A stretch of 64,000 nt of DNA from Octopus bimaculoides (Eukaryota), in NCBI RefSeq assembly GCF_001194135.2, contig NC_068998.1:13721846-13785845 (forward strand), given 5' to 3'. The first letter of the stretch is position 1, and each line of letters begins with the position of its first letter. Shown here one piece after another: positions 11,499 through 25,224 of this stretch. The notes under the pieces are model-generated. The model was not told where the DNA came from. It saw nothing but the letters and a program-made list of their open reading frames with translations, and ran no database searches. The position numbers were made by a program, and so were the translations under genes.

Positions 11499-11502
<4 letters not shown>
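11155..11502. mobile_element. Foldback/MITE with ~115-bp inverted arms inside (TA)n
   Basis: 11155-11269 is the near-perfect reverse complement of 11388-11502, with a ~118-bp spacer. Confidence 0.8.
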
Positions 11503-11533
<31 letters not shown>

Positions 11534-11599
11534 CTTTATACATACACACACATATACCTGTATACACACACACACACACACATATATACATATATAAAC

Positions 11600-12015
11600 A
11601 TATATATGAGGAGCTTCTTCCAGTTTCTGTCTACCAAATCAACACACGGTTTTGGTTGACCTGAGCCTATAGAAGAAGACACTTGCCCAAAGTGCCATAC
11701 AGTGGGAGTGAACCTAGAAGCATGTGGTTGGGAAGCAAGTTTCTTATTTCTTTATTGCCCACAAGGGGCTAAACATAGAGGGGACAAACAAGGACAGGCA
11801 AAGGGATTAAGTCAATTACATCGACCCCAGTGCATAACTCGTACTTAATTTATCGACCCCGAAAGGATGAAAGGCAAAGTTGACCGCGGCGTAATTTGAA
11901 CTCAGAACGTAACGGCAGACAAAATACCGCCAAGTATTTCGCCCGGCGTCCTAACGTTTCTGCCAGCTCGCCGCCGGTTGGGAAACAAGTTTCTTACCAC
12001 ACAGCCATTCCTATG
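11600..12015 (-). mobile_element. tRNA/CORE-type SINE head interrupted by a full second-family SINE (11745-11985)
   Basis: GGGAAGCAAGTTTCTT at 11730 and GGGAAACAAGTTTCTT at 11980 flank the nested copy. Confidence 0.75.
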
Positions 12016-12471
12016 GAGATTGCCGAAATTAGAACGTCGTCATTAATCGTAAACCTGCTCAACGAGGGCTTATCTGAAGCCAAACAACAACTATGTCACA
12101 TGTGCCCTTAAAGCAGAAATCCACTGGTCCTAAGCAGTAAATAACTGAAAGCTGTTATGGTATTCGTTTATCTTTGGTAGGAATCTAAAACGTGATCCAT
12201 TTCATATCAAAAGACTTCAGTACAAAGGCTTTAACACTAAAATATAAAGTGTCTATGGAGGTAAATGTTCAAAAAGGAAATAAGTTTCTAGTCTAAATGA
12301 ATTAAGCATCATGTTTGATGACAGCAATGTAGGCTTCATTATCACTTTTTCTTGGAACAAGAATAATTTTTAAATTGAATTTTTATATTATTATAGCTTC
12401 ACTTAATATTAATTATCTGGGATTTTAAAAGCATTGGTTTCACTTCTGTATTGTGTGTGTGTGTGTGTGAA

Positions 12472-12517
<46 letters not shown>

Positions 12518-12679
12518 TGTGTGTGTGTGTGTGTGTGTGTGTGCACGTATATATGTATATATATAAATATGTATACATATATATATGTGTGTGTATATAT
12601 GTGTGTGTATATATGTGTGTGTATATATATGTGTGTGTATATATATGTGTGTGTATATATGTATGTGTGTGTATATATG

Positions 12680-12746
<67 letters not shown>

Positions 12747-13583
12747 TGTATATCATGGAGGCTATGAGATCATGGTTTCAGTTCTCAAACCGGGCATTGT
12801 ATTGCATTCTTGAACAAAACACTCCATTTCATGTTGCTCTATGATCATTTCATCATCTGACATGTGGTATGATGAGCACCGATAGAGGTATTGTCGATTT
12901 ATTGAAGGAAGTGAGCTTATGTGAATACAAACATTTGGTCACTATCAACAAATCATGTGTATGGTTGTTCAACAAAAAATTGCAGAAGCCTCATACCCTC
13001 ATACATCATTTAATAATAGGAGAGTTCCTAATCGGGCCTCACAGGTATCGTGATGCAAGCATGGAAAATAGAACTCAAAATATGGGTTTATGTATAGTTC
13101 TAATAATATTTAGACGAAGCAACAGAGTGACTGAAGGGCCAAGATCCCGGAAAGGATGATAAGAAAAGTCGACCTAGGCGGAATTTGAACTCTGAACAAA
13201 AGGTCGGACGAAATGCCGCTAAACATTTGGACCGGTGTGCTACCAATTCTGCCATCTTGCCGCCTTACCCTTTTGTAATAATCCTTTGTACTGGAGGCAC
13301 AAGGCCTCAAATTTGTCGGGTGGGGACTAGTCGATTATATCGACCCCCGGAAGGGATGAAAGGCAGAGTCGACCTCGGCGGAATTTGAACTCAGAACGTA
13401 GCGACAGGCAAAACACTGCTAAGCATTTCGTCCAGCGTGTTAACGAGTCTGCCAGCTCACCACCTTTTCCCTTCTGCAATATTAAGGGTTAATATGTTTG
13501 TTCGTTTCTTTTTTCTTCTCTCGCTTTTTCATTCTCTCATTGTATTAAATTTGGAAGTGAATAACATTCTTTTTTTTTTTCAG

Positions 13584-13612
13584 AAGCCTTTATAATGCAT
13601 AGTATTGGAAGA
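13584..13612 (+). other. Candidate 29-nt plus-strand exon (UTR or first coding, ATG CAT AGT ATT GGA AGA)
   Basis: T-run-CAG| acceptor and GA|GTAAGT donor are both consensus. One frame is open. Confidence 0.4.
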
Positions 13613-14505
13613 GTAAGTCTGTTTGTGTGTCACAGTTCAGAACGAGAGATAGCATACATAGATGAGAGGCCATACAAACCAGCTAAAATTGTGAAAATTC
13701 CATTTGGTTGTGTTTGCTACAGTTGTGTACAAAGACTTGATTATAGTTATCATCAACAGTAGGATGATAAAAACGAAATATTAGTATGACAAAACTAAGG
13801 AGGAGAATATATGACAGGAATGTTAAATAATCGCTAAAAACTCTACTTGTAAATAGAAAAGAATAAAATGTGGAAATGTTCATAGAGGTGACATGTGAAA
13901 ATGCCTCACACTGTTTTATCATCAACAACAGTAGTAGCATCTACATCTGCAGTACCATCACCACCACAATTACAAACATCAAAATTGATCTTGAAGTTAT
14001 ATCATAACATTCATCATGACTAAAACGATTACTAGTCATAAAGATAGCTTCATTGACTCCTCCACTACGTATTCTTTCAACTAAAAATCCTTAATCCAAG
14101 ATGTCATTTTAGTATCTTTAATCAGTTGTCAATTTTTGAGTTGTCATTTCAGTATAGTATAAGAAGCAATCCTACATCTTCTCACTAAGCTATTAAACCA
14201 TAGCAATAAAGACAAGATAACCTGAAAACAACAACAACAATAATAATGGTTTCTAATTTTGCTACAAGGGCAGCCATTTTGGAGGAGGGGATAAGTCGAT
14301 TACAACGACCAATGTTTCATTGGTAATTAATTTATCGCACCTCCACCCCACACAAAGGATGAAAGGTAAAGTCGACCTCAGTGGAATTTGAACTCAGAAC
14401 GTAAAGACAGACGAAATGCCACTAAGCATTTTGCCTAGCGTGCTAATGATTCTGCCAGCTCGCTGCCTTAACTATGATGATTATAATAATAAATTTCAAC
14501 TATAT

Positions 14506-15302
14506 NNNNNNNNNNNNNNNNNNNNNNNNNNNNNNNNNNNNNNNNNNNNNNNNNNNNNNNNNNNNNNNNNNNNNNNNNNNNNNNNNNNNNNNNNNNNNNN
14601 NNNNNNNNNNNNNNNNNNNNNNNNNNNNNNNNNNNNNNNNNNNNNNNNNNNNNNNNNNNNNNNNNNNNNNNNNNNNNNNNNNNNNNNNNNNNNNNNNNNN
14701 NNNNNNNNNNNNNNNNNNNNNNNNNNNNNNNNNNNNNNNNNNNNNNNNNNNNNNNNNNNNNNNNNNNNNNNNNNNNNNNNNNNNNNNNNNNNNNNNNNNN
14801 NNNNNNNNNNNNNNNNNNNNNNNNNNNNNNNNNNNNNNNNNNNNNNNNNNNNNNNNNNNNNNNNNNNNNNNNNNNNNNNNNNNNNNNNNNNNNNNNNNNN
14901 NNNNNNNNNNNNNNNNNNNNNNNNNNNNNNNNNNNNNNNNNNNNNNNNNNNNNNNNNNNNNNNNNNNNNNNNNNNNNNNNNNNNNNNNNNNNNNNNNNNN
15001 NNNNNNNNNNNNNNNNNNNNNNNNNNNNNNNNNNNNNNNNNNNNNNNNNNNNNNNNNNNNNNNNNNNNNNNNNNNNNNNNNNNNNNNNNNNNNNNNNNNN
15101 NNNNNNNNNNNNNNNNNNNNNNNNNNNNNNNNNNNNNNNNNNNNNNNNNNNNNNNNNNNNNNNNNNNNNNNNNNNNNNNNNNNNNNNNNNNNNNNNNNNN
15201 NNNNNNNNNNNNNNNNNNNNNNNNNNNNNNNNNNNNNNNNNNNNNNNNNNNNNNNNNNNNNNNNNNNNNNNNNNNNNNNNNNNNNNNNNNNNNNNNNNNN
15301 NN
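14506..15302. other. Assembly gap (others: 16191-16378, 28385-28898, 35899-35908, 37678-38338, 38839-39615, 45858-46400, 49866-49875, 54350-54888, 55635-56221, 61999-62713)
   Basis: Runs of N, mostly bordered by microsatellites. Confidence 1.
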
Positions 15303-15876
15303 GCGTGTGTGTATGTGAGTGTGCATGCGTGTGTGTGTATGTGAGTGTGCAAGCGTGTGTGCTTGCATGCGTGTGTGTGTGTGCGTATGTGTGTGTGTGT
15401 GTGTGTATATGTCTGTGCGCGCGTGCGAATGTGTACGTGTGCGTGTGTGTGTGTGTAGGGGTATGTGTGTGCGTGTGTGTATGTGAGTGTGCATGCGTGT
15501 GTGTGTATGTGAGTGTGCATGCGTGTGTGTATATGTCTGTACGCGCGTGCGAATGTGTACGTGTGCGTGTGTGTAGGGGTATGTGTGCGCGTGTGTGTAT
15601 GTGAGTGTGCATGCGTGTGCGTGTATGTGAGTGTGCATGCGTGTGTGCTTGCATGCTTGTGTTCGTGCGTGTGTATGTGTGCGTATGTGTGTGCGCGTAT
15701 GTGTGATGCGGTGTAAGGTAAGCCTTTCTTTATAGCACGTTGGAAATATTGCTGTATTATGACAAATGTAATCAACACTTTTCCCCCCTCTATTTGTGGA
15801 CAGAAATAAAAAGGTTTGACTTGCAACACATAACAAAATAGTGTAGAAAACAAATATTGCTAAGTGTATAACATAC

Positions 15877-15920
<44 letters not shown>

Positions 15921-16727
15921 GCATTGTATTTGTATCTTTCTCTATAGTTTTATTTTACGTGAGCGAAAGTGCATTAAGAGAATGCGTGTGTATACACACA
16001 TATATAGACATGCATAGGCGCAGGCGCGTGTGTGTGGTAAGAAGCTTGCTTCTCAACAATATAATTCCGGGTACGATCCCATTGCGCTGCACTTTGGGCA
16101 TGTGCCTTCTACTAAAGCCTTGGACCGACGAAAGCCACGTGAGTGGATTTCGTAGACGGAAACTGAACGAAGCCCGTTGTTTTTATGTTTNNNNNNNNNN
16201 NNNNNNNNNNNNNNNNNNNNNNNNNNNNNNNNNNNNNNNNNNNNNNNNNNNNNNNNNNNNNNNNNNNNNNNNNNNNNNNNNNNNNNNNNNNNNNNNNNNN
16301 NNNNNNNNNNNNNNNNNNNNNNNNNNNNNNNNNNNNNNNNNNNNNNNNNNNNNNNNNNNNNNNNNNNNNNNNNNNNNNATATATAGGTGGTGGGGAGAGA
16401 TGTCTTTGTGTCTGCGTTTGTCTTTCCACCATCGCCATCACCCACCGCTCGACAACCGGTGATGGGGTGTTTGCGTAACCTAGCGGTTCGGACACCGATA
16501 GAATAAGTACCAGGCTTTAAAAACCATAAGTACTGAGATTGATACATTCGACTAAAACAATTCTTCCAGGTTGCAGCCCCAGCATGGCCGCAGTCTAATG
16601 TCTCAAACAAATAAAAGATAAGAGAGAGAGAGAGAAACACACATAAACATATATGAATATACAAACACATTACACATATATGCACACACATCTACATACA
16701 CTTATACACACATACATACACGTACGT

Positions 16728-16766
<39 letters not shown>

Positions 16767-17898
16767 CATACACACATACAACTGCTTCAAAACCTGCTAT
16801 TATTGTACTTTGATTATAAATTGATATTAACATCAATATTTATTAAGCAGTTACGACCTAAATGGCAATTTGGGAAAGTTGGGATTTTCAGGCAAAAAGG
16901 GAGACCAACTAACACGAACTTTACAGACACAACTTGCAAGTAGAACAATAAAACTGAGCAAGGCATTCTTGAGGTGCAATATGGAACAGTTGTTGTTATC
17001 AAACTCCAGTGATGAAGTATTACTTAGTGGGGAAAAAAAAAGAGCTCTCTCTTGCTGGGAAAGTTATTTATTCGACACCCGCTGTCGTTCGCCACCTGTT
17101 ACAAGTTTAATACACCTTTAATGCATGTTTAATGCACGAGAAAACATCATCAGCGTAAGCTGAAGGCTGACACCGAAATGTTATCATCTTTATCCTCGTT
17201 TAACGTCCTTCTTTCCATGCTAGGAACCGAACTTCAATGTCTGCTTTGGCATTGCTTCTACAGCTGGATGTACAAAGTGTGTACTGGGGGTATTTTACAT
17301 GGCACCAGCACTAAGAAGCTCACAAAGTAGTTGCAAGACAAAACTGGCCGAGTGAGTGGGGTATAATATTGAAGGAGAGGAAAGAATGATAGAGGGACAA
17401 CAACAGTTGTCTTGTTGAAGAAGAAATACGTGGCTTCCTCAGATAGAAAGAGAAATGGTGAGAACGTAGTGGATCTACAATAAAACTAATGAATTTTAAG
17501 TTTCAAGGTCTCTAATAGTGGAAGAACCTGAGAGACAACTTCATTTTAATTAACGATTGTTTTATCACCTCTCAGATTTGGTAGTACTTATACTGTTTTG
17601 AGTTATTGTTTTATAACACTTTTTTCCTCAAGAGAAGACCACATAATGAAGCTGAATAAATAAACAAACAAAAAAGTGTCCTCTGATCAAAGGAGGTAAA
17701 TTTCCAAGGGACTCCAGAAGAAAGCCGAAAATATTGACACTAAATTGAAATGAAATAAATAAGATGACGAAATGGAGGTACATTCCCCAAGAGATTCTTG
17801 TAGAGAGCCGAAAGTGCAAAAACAAGATGTAAACAAAATCAACGGTAACATACACAAAAGCAGAAATCAGAAACATCACTGAAAAAAATGCTGTTATG

Positions 17899-17929
<31 letters not shown>

Positions 17930-17974
17930 CTTCCTTCTATTTCTCCACGCACACCCATACTCGCTTTTCCCCAG

Positions 17975-19130
17975 CAGATAAGTAAGTATAACTCTTTATA
18001 AATTGACAAATTGACTCTTCTACCAGTACTTGATTGCAGGCAAATGATGGGTTCCAAACATGAGCAATATGCTGTTATTGAGTTCTTCCCGATGGAGGTC
18101 TTCAAGCTACCTTCCAGTGAAGGTCACGGTTTCTTTTTTAAAAAAACAAAGAGGCACTATTGACAAGAGCAATTTGGACAGTTGTACGGAGAAGTTTAAA
18201 AAAGGAAGACCACCGTTGACAACAAACCACACAGGAAACTATCAATTGGAAGTGGAAGAATTGATTCACGCGGAGAGACAAGTCACAATCCATGAGCTGG
18301 TCGCACAACTGGACTGTGGTTATAATACATTACAGAAGGCACCGGAAGATTAGATATCAGAAAAGTGTGTACGAAGTGGATACCTCTCCAGCTGATATCC
18401 GATTTGAAAGAATGATAGATGAAAGTTTGTTCTGATCTGTTGGACGTGCTGAAGTCTATAAAGACACAATTTTTTCCACTCTGGTGACAAGAGATGAAAT
18501 GTTGCTTTATAGTAATGATCTAGTATCGAAGGCTCAATCTACGGAATTGCGTCTATCCTCTTTGGCAAAGCTTAATAAGTTCAAGAGCTATTGATCGGCA
18601 CAGGCATCGTGATGACTGATTTTGGCGGATGTAAAAAAGGCATCGTTCTCCGTGATTTACTGGAATGTAACTATGCTGTGAAGGGTGAGCAGCAAATTAA
18701 GACACTCAAAATGTTCAGAGAAGCCATTGAGAAGAAAAGACCAAACTAAAATCTGACAACGATCCACATTCACCATGGGAATGCATGACCGAATGCAACA
18801 AATCAGGAATCGACAAATCAATTCGCTCAGTGTCGCCTCTCAACCGCACAGCCCATATCTGGTAACTTTCAACTTCAAACTGTGCAATCCAATGAAGAAC
18901 AGTCTTCGGACACAACAGACGGAGTAGAAGTAATTAAACCTGTACAAAACTGAATGTTTTCCAAGAGGACTCGAGAGTTGTGTTCACGATGGCGCAAATG
19001 CAGTGCTTGACATGGAGTCTACCTTAAATAGTACCTTTGTAGAGAAGAAGAGTTACTCTATTAACATGTAAAATTTAAACAACCCAATGAAAAAAATCTT
19101 CCCACTTGGCATTACTTCCAGTATAATCGT
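17975..19130 (+). mobile_element. Decayed mariner (DD34D) transposon
   Basis: Remnant motifs KHEQYAVIEF, VTIHELVAQL, VTRDE (~18485), HHGNA*P (~18770), SPYL-GNFQLQ (~18850) and RWRKC...GVYLK* (~19000), with many stops and frameshifts. Confidence 0.8.
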
Positions 19131-20949
19131 CATGCATGCACGCACGCGCACGTGTGTGAAGTTGTCATTTTTGTTGTTTTTTTTTGCTTTCAATCAGTAA
19201 TTTCGACTTCGTTTACGTTCAGATTCCCTTGTGAATTGTTTTTCTTTTGCATAACAGCCTATGAATCGACTAGTCCCCTCCACCAAAATTTCAGGCCTTG
19301 TACCTTCAGTAGAAAGGATTATCATTATTATTATTATTATTATGTATGATCAATAGTTGGATTTTTTTGTTTTGGTTTTTATTTACAGTTTTGTGCTGTT
19401 GGTTTAAGCTAAAACACACACGTACCCACACACACGTATACACACACACACACACACATTAAATAACTGTTATACTCAAAACACAGTTTCTTCTTGTGAG
19501 TCACAATTTACGTAAAACGGTAAGGAAATCATATTTTACAAATTTGCCAGACATGTTTTCTTAGCTGAGATCAAGTCTATCAGAAAATTCTCTGAATAGT
19601 CTTTGTTTTCCTTTAAGTTTACGTTTTTTATAATTCTTTACTTTTCTTCGAGGTATTTTCATTTTATTTTGGTTAAGCTAAACGTTTATTGAATGTAATT
19701 CAAATTAAAATACTATTTTTTATTTCTAATTTTAAGATCTTACTTTCACTTTTTTCTTCCTCTATATAAGGTTTGTCAATTAGTAATTATTCAAAAATAT
19801 TATTACAAAATATTAATGTTTTGAAACCGAAGATATTGTCGAAAAGAAATTACGATGTTGCACTTATTCTGAAACTCCACCTTGAGTAAAATATTGTTAA
19901 AGTGCCACCCCAGCAAATTTTGGAGCCCACTCGCTAGCATCAAAAACCTGGTCATGGGCCTTCTTGTAACACCAGTATGTGACACTGAATACATAGTGAC
20001 ACGTTTAGCACGAGTTCTTAGTTTTCTTAGTTATCATCTAAATTGAGCAACGGAGCGACCCCACTAGGTATAGTTTATCCTAATTAAAATCTTACGATAT
20101 TATAGTGGGCGATATACTTTTTTATAATAGTTAACCACTATGCCAAGTCTATATATGCTCAGCCTGCTTTTAAGGAACACTAAATATCTTCAATTAAATT
20201 GTATACACGAATTTTTGTGCCATACAAATATCTTGCGTAAGAAATGAACAAAATATTTTATTTAAATTTCGATTTAAACAGCTAGAACAAAGCCATTTCT
20301 ACAAACTAGTAATCACAGTACAGTTTTGGAGTGAATAACTTAAGGAGCGTTTCCTTTATTTATTTATTTATTGTATTTTGTAGGGTTGAATCTGATCCCT
20401 GATTTGAAGACTTGAATAAAAGTATTCTCTATATGCTTTGATCTTATTCACTCATCATTATCGAGGCTTATCCATCTGTGGTTAAGGAACTTTTCTTTGT
20501 TTTTATAAAGGTTAAGACCCTCGAGAGTTGACAATCGTTTAACTACAGTACTTAACTGGATGCCAAAATTCAAACTCAAGGTTGAAGCGATTTGATGAAA
20601 TTTCTAAATATCAAAAGCTATCAAACTACTTTATAAAATCTAACTTGCTGATATCTAAAGCCGAAAAAAAGTTAACCAAACACCAGCGGGGCTAGTAATA
20701 GTGCACAAACCATGTAAGCCCTTTTTAGCAATTTTAACACACTTATCACCGAAGTTAACATGAAAGTTCTGAGGAAGAAGAAGAGACATCAGAAAGAAAC
20801 AAATTTGGTGTGTTTACGTCCCCGTAACTTAGCGGTTCGGAAAAAGAGACCTATAGAAATAAGTACTAGTCGATTTGCTCGATTAAAGGCGGTGCTCCAG
20901 CATGGCCACAGTCAAATGACTGAAACAAGTAAAAGAGTATCTATGTATC

Positions 20950-23865
20950 TCGAATCTAGAACGGTACGCAATGAACAAAACAGATGTTGCTCAAATAAGT
21001 ATCCTGTAGAAAAACAAGAAGAATGAAATGGCCGGACTGCGTTGGGATCCTGATTAGTTTACTCAATGTGCAAAAGCCATATATACTCCTCTGTTTGCAA
21101 GCTCTTTTCTACATACCAAGCATTATTCACAAGTGAGGCTTGTTGACTGGACAAGCGTACTTAGAACTATGGAAAATCATGAGGACAGCATAGAACATAA
21201 TAGGACAGTATTGTGCAAGATAACAAGAAAAACAAATAGAAACACTGTGGATCAGAAACGTGAAGAACAATCGAAAAGAAATTTACGGTACTATTTTGAA
21301 GTACTGAAAAAACTTGTAACTGGAATAAAGGTTTTAAGTAAAAGGAGTTAGACATTTAGAAGTCACAAGAAGAGAAGAAATAAGGAAAACTTCGTGGGGA
21401 CTATTGAACTGATTTCAGGGTTCTACCCATTACTTTTTTTGCATAAGAAGCTAGAGAAATGTAACAATAAAAAAGTAAATACTACTTATTTTGCGAAAAC
21501 CATGTATAAAAAATAAATAGAAATCATTGGAAAACATGAGCAAGGTGAAATTGTAAATTGAATTAGCAACAAGACATCCATTAAGGATCACTATTATCCC
21601 TTTTAAAAAACAAATTATATTCTATCGTGATTGAAGAGTGCTTAAATTCAATATTCCTATTGCTTCTAGAAAATGGTATTACAACGAAGCTTCGAATGAC
21701 AAAATTGTGTATGAATATGTTGTTAGAAAGACGAAATATTGTATTTTGTAAATTGTGGTTCATGTAGAATGCATTCCAAAACCTGTTTGAAACTAAATAT
21801 TATATAAATTAAATATTATGTTTTATTTCAGGCATGCTTATAAATAATCACTAATTTTCATTCCCACATAACTTGAAAACTATACGTTATAGAATTTCTA
21901 TTCACACCAGTGATATTGAGATATGGAGTAACCAATTACAGCAATTGAAAATTAAAATCTAAGACGCACTGATTAAATTCTATTTTCTATCATTGTTGAC
22001 TCTACACCTAACCTCATACATGTTGACTAACTAGTGATTGTGATTCGATACTGTTATAATAACATAAAACCCTTGCGTTTACCAATGTAAAACCATTCAT
22101 CCATAACTTAGTTCAACAAAATACAAATCCTAAGTTAACCCTTTACTTGAAAATATTTGTAATTAACCCTACGATAACTGATCTACCGTGAAAGGCTCAG
22201 AGATAGGGACCGGGGCCTAGAGCCTAAGATATAAACGAAGAATTCTCTGTAGGCAAAGGTCATGAGCACGCATTGATCACGTCCCTGTCCTTTGTAAACA
22301 TCACCCGTCCCTACTACTGATTAAACAGTCCGGGGAGAACCTTGGATGTGGCCGTCGTCGGTGCATTCTCTGATGGTCCGCAGAAGAGTAGCGAACCCGA
22401 TTGTATAGAAGAAGAAAAAGTCGTAACAAACTTTAAAAATATTAATAAGCAGTCTTTAAAAAATATTAACAGTTTTGTAGACTAGGAACCATGTACAGCT
22501 CATTCTTTTCACTTTGTTGGAGAAAAGACAATGTCTGCTGTACCTGGAGTTGTTGAATATTTTGATATTTTGCAGGTGCTGTATATTTTTTTTTTCTAGA
22601 TCTCTACGAAGATAGGGAATTTTAAACAGAAAGAGCAGAAAGGCTTAAGTGTAACTAGAAGTTCTGCACACTACGAAGCAGTCTGAGCAATTACAAACGG
22701 TTACATGGTTATATTAAAGATTAGCAAATATATTTTTAAAACGAAGCAGAGAAGCTTCAATTTAAATGAGATACAAAGAATTTATACCACAAATTGGTTA
22801 CAGTTGGAATATATTGTTTCAGCAGTCGTTTGGGACAAGTCTTGGAGCGTTTCAACGAAGCAAGAAACTCAAAATATTTAAACTTTTGTTTGTTAAGAAC
22901 AACGAGAAAATTCAGATAAAATGATTGCATACTATCAACCAGAAGCAAAAGTTTTGTGTGAAGATATCACCTCAAGTTATTCTGGTGCTTCCGAACGCAT
23001 TGTTACAAAGAAATTTTCAGATAGAACAAGTGGTAATGCTCCTTTGAGAGAAACTAAGAATTTTAGAATAGAAGTTCTCAATCAATTCATTGATTGACTC
23101 ATAATCCAATTACGTAAGAGCATTGAGATAAATGAGCTGATTGCGGATAGGTTCAAGTTACTCTAAGAATTAATTAAAAAATTCTGAAACTGATGAAGAC
23201 AATATTAAACTTGTAATATCATATCACAAAAATGATATTTACCACAAATTGGTACACGAGTGTAAACAATTTAGAGAATATTTGTACCCAAGGAAATCCC
23301 AGAACACAGAATAAAATGCGCCGTCCAAAATGAAACACAGATATTCCTCAGTTTATTTGTGAGAACCGCCTCACTGAAGTGATCTTTAATACTGATTTCA
23401 AATTTTGGCACAAGGCCAGCAATTTCGAGGGCGGGGACAAGTCGATTACATCGACCCCAGCGTATAAACTGATACCTATTTTATCGACCCCGAAAGGATG
23501 AAAGGCAAAGTCAACCTAGACGGAATTTGAACTCATAACGTAAAGACGGACGAAATGCCGCTAAGCATTTCGTCCGTCTATTCTTTTCTACTCTAGGCAC
23601 AAGGCCCGAATTGTTGGTGGAAGGAGGCAGTCGATTAGACCTTCCCCAGTACGCAACTGGTACTTAATTTATCGACCCCGAAAGGATGAAAGGCAAAGTC
23701 GGCCTCGGTGGAATTTGAATTCAGAACGTTAAGACAGACGAAACACCGTTAGCGTGCTAACGTTTCTGCCAGCTCGCCGGTAGTGATCCTTTACATTACT
23801 ATTGTATATAAGCCGTATTTGACAGTGCCTTTTATGAGCTGTGAAGGGGAAAGAATTTCTCAAAC
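20950..23865 (+). mobile_element. Decayed hAT (ZMYM1-like) transposase with nested insertions
   Basis: TTF-type region DWTSVLRTMENHEDSIEH (21133-21351), SIIVDSTP (~21990), CTAHSFHFV (~22492), LSVTRSSAHYEAV (~22645) and LTVPFMSCEGERIS (~23820). SINEs are inserted at 23395-23780. Confidence 0.8.
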
Positions 23866-23866
23866 C

Positions 23867-24268
23867 TATCCTTTTCAGAGAACAAATTATATTCTATCGT
23901 GATTGAAGAGTGCTTAAATTCAATATTCCTATTGCCTCTAGAAAATGGTATTACAACGAAGCTTCGAATGACAAAATTGTGTATGAATATGTTGTTATAA
24001 AGACAAAATATTGTATTTTGTAAATTGTGGTTCATGTATGCTGCATTCCAAAACCTGTTTGAAATTAAATATTATATTAATTAAATATTATGTTTTATTT
24101 CAAGCATGCTTATAAATAATCACTAATTTTCATTCTCACATAACTTGAAAACTATAAGTTATAGAATTTCTATTCACACCAGCGATATTGAGATATGAAG
24201 TAACCAAGTACAGCAATTACAGCAATTGAAAATTAAAATCTAAGACGCACTGATTAAATTCTATTTTC
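23867..24268 (+). repeat. Second copy of a ~400-bp segment (first copy 21595-21987)
   Basis: Direct alignment with high identity. The ORF track shows twin peptides MNHNLQNTIF... Confidence 0.95.
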
Positions 24269-25224
24269 ATATTTTGTAGTAATCTGTCAGGGAACAAGGA
24301 ATTGCGGACGATAACAGCGGTTACCGAGAAATCATTGCTGATAGAAAGAAGCTCGCTGCAAGAATACATTTTTTAAAGACTTCTCCCTATCGCACCTTCC
24401 TCCACTCTTTTGGATAACATAGCCTTTCAGACTTTATTGGATGTTGCGTTATTGTTGCTGGTTGCGAAGGGACCCCCATAACAGTTCAATCTTCAGAGCC
24501 CCAAAAATGTCAGCGATGCGTGTGTATGTATGTGTGTATGGGTGCGCGCGCGTGCGTATGTGTGTTTGAGACACACATGTGTGTCTCACATGTGTTGTGC
24601 GTAACATGTAAACATCTCGTTTGCATACAAACAAAAACACAACAGAAACGTCCGTATGTTTATGGGGGCCATGTAGCTACATACAGCTTCTCATAGTAGA
24701 GACTTGTGAATTCTAAAAGCTTAATAAAACCGTGTTGGGGAGAAAAGAGGAAACTTCGACTTGATGCAGAGCAGGTTAATTTATTAGAGTCAATTCAATC
24801 CTTCTCAAATATTTCATTTATTTTTTATTTATCATTATTATTTTCTTTTTTTGTACATAGTTCTCTTAGTTACATTTACGTTACATTTGCATGACATGCA
24901 AATTCACACTGCATACAATCATGCATAACATGCAAAACAAGCACAGCATATAAATATGCATTACATTGTGCATATTACATATATTACAGTGTAACATATA
25001 TATAATGCATGCATCACATTAATTATATAAGTTCTATGCAGCACCTACCTACATTACAGTATATATATTCCATTATGTCCATTACATTGCATACATACAT
25101 TACACCGCGCGCGCGCGTTTAATTCTAGTTTTTAAATTTTGTTCCATGTAACTACATCATGGAGGCCAGAGTTCCCAAACACCAGACCGCTCAAAAAAAA
25201 AAAAATTATATTTTACTTCTGTTT

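Noticed and set aside
14416-15853. Long ORFs of 200-461 aa in the ORF track (also near 28 kb, 37-39 kb, 45-46 kb, 54-56 kb, 62 kb)
   Set aside because: They read through N-gaps and microsatellites (poly-X, HT/CV/YI repeats) and are not genes.
17633-17695. Possible 63-nt plus-strand exon (AAG| ... GAG|GTAAAT)
   Set aside because: It has stops in all frames and a weak acceptor.
17975-19130. Possible domesticated mariner transposase
   Set aside because: Numerous stops and frameshifts and a mutated catalytic Asp make it an ordinary fossil.
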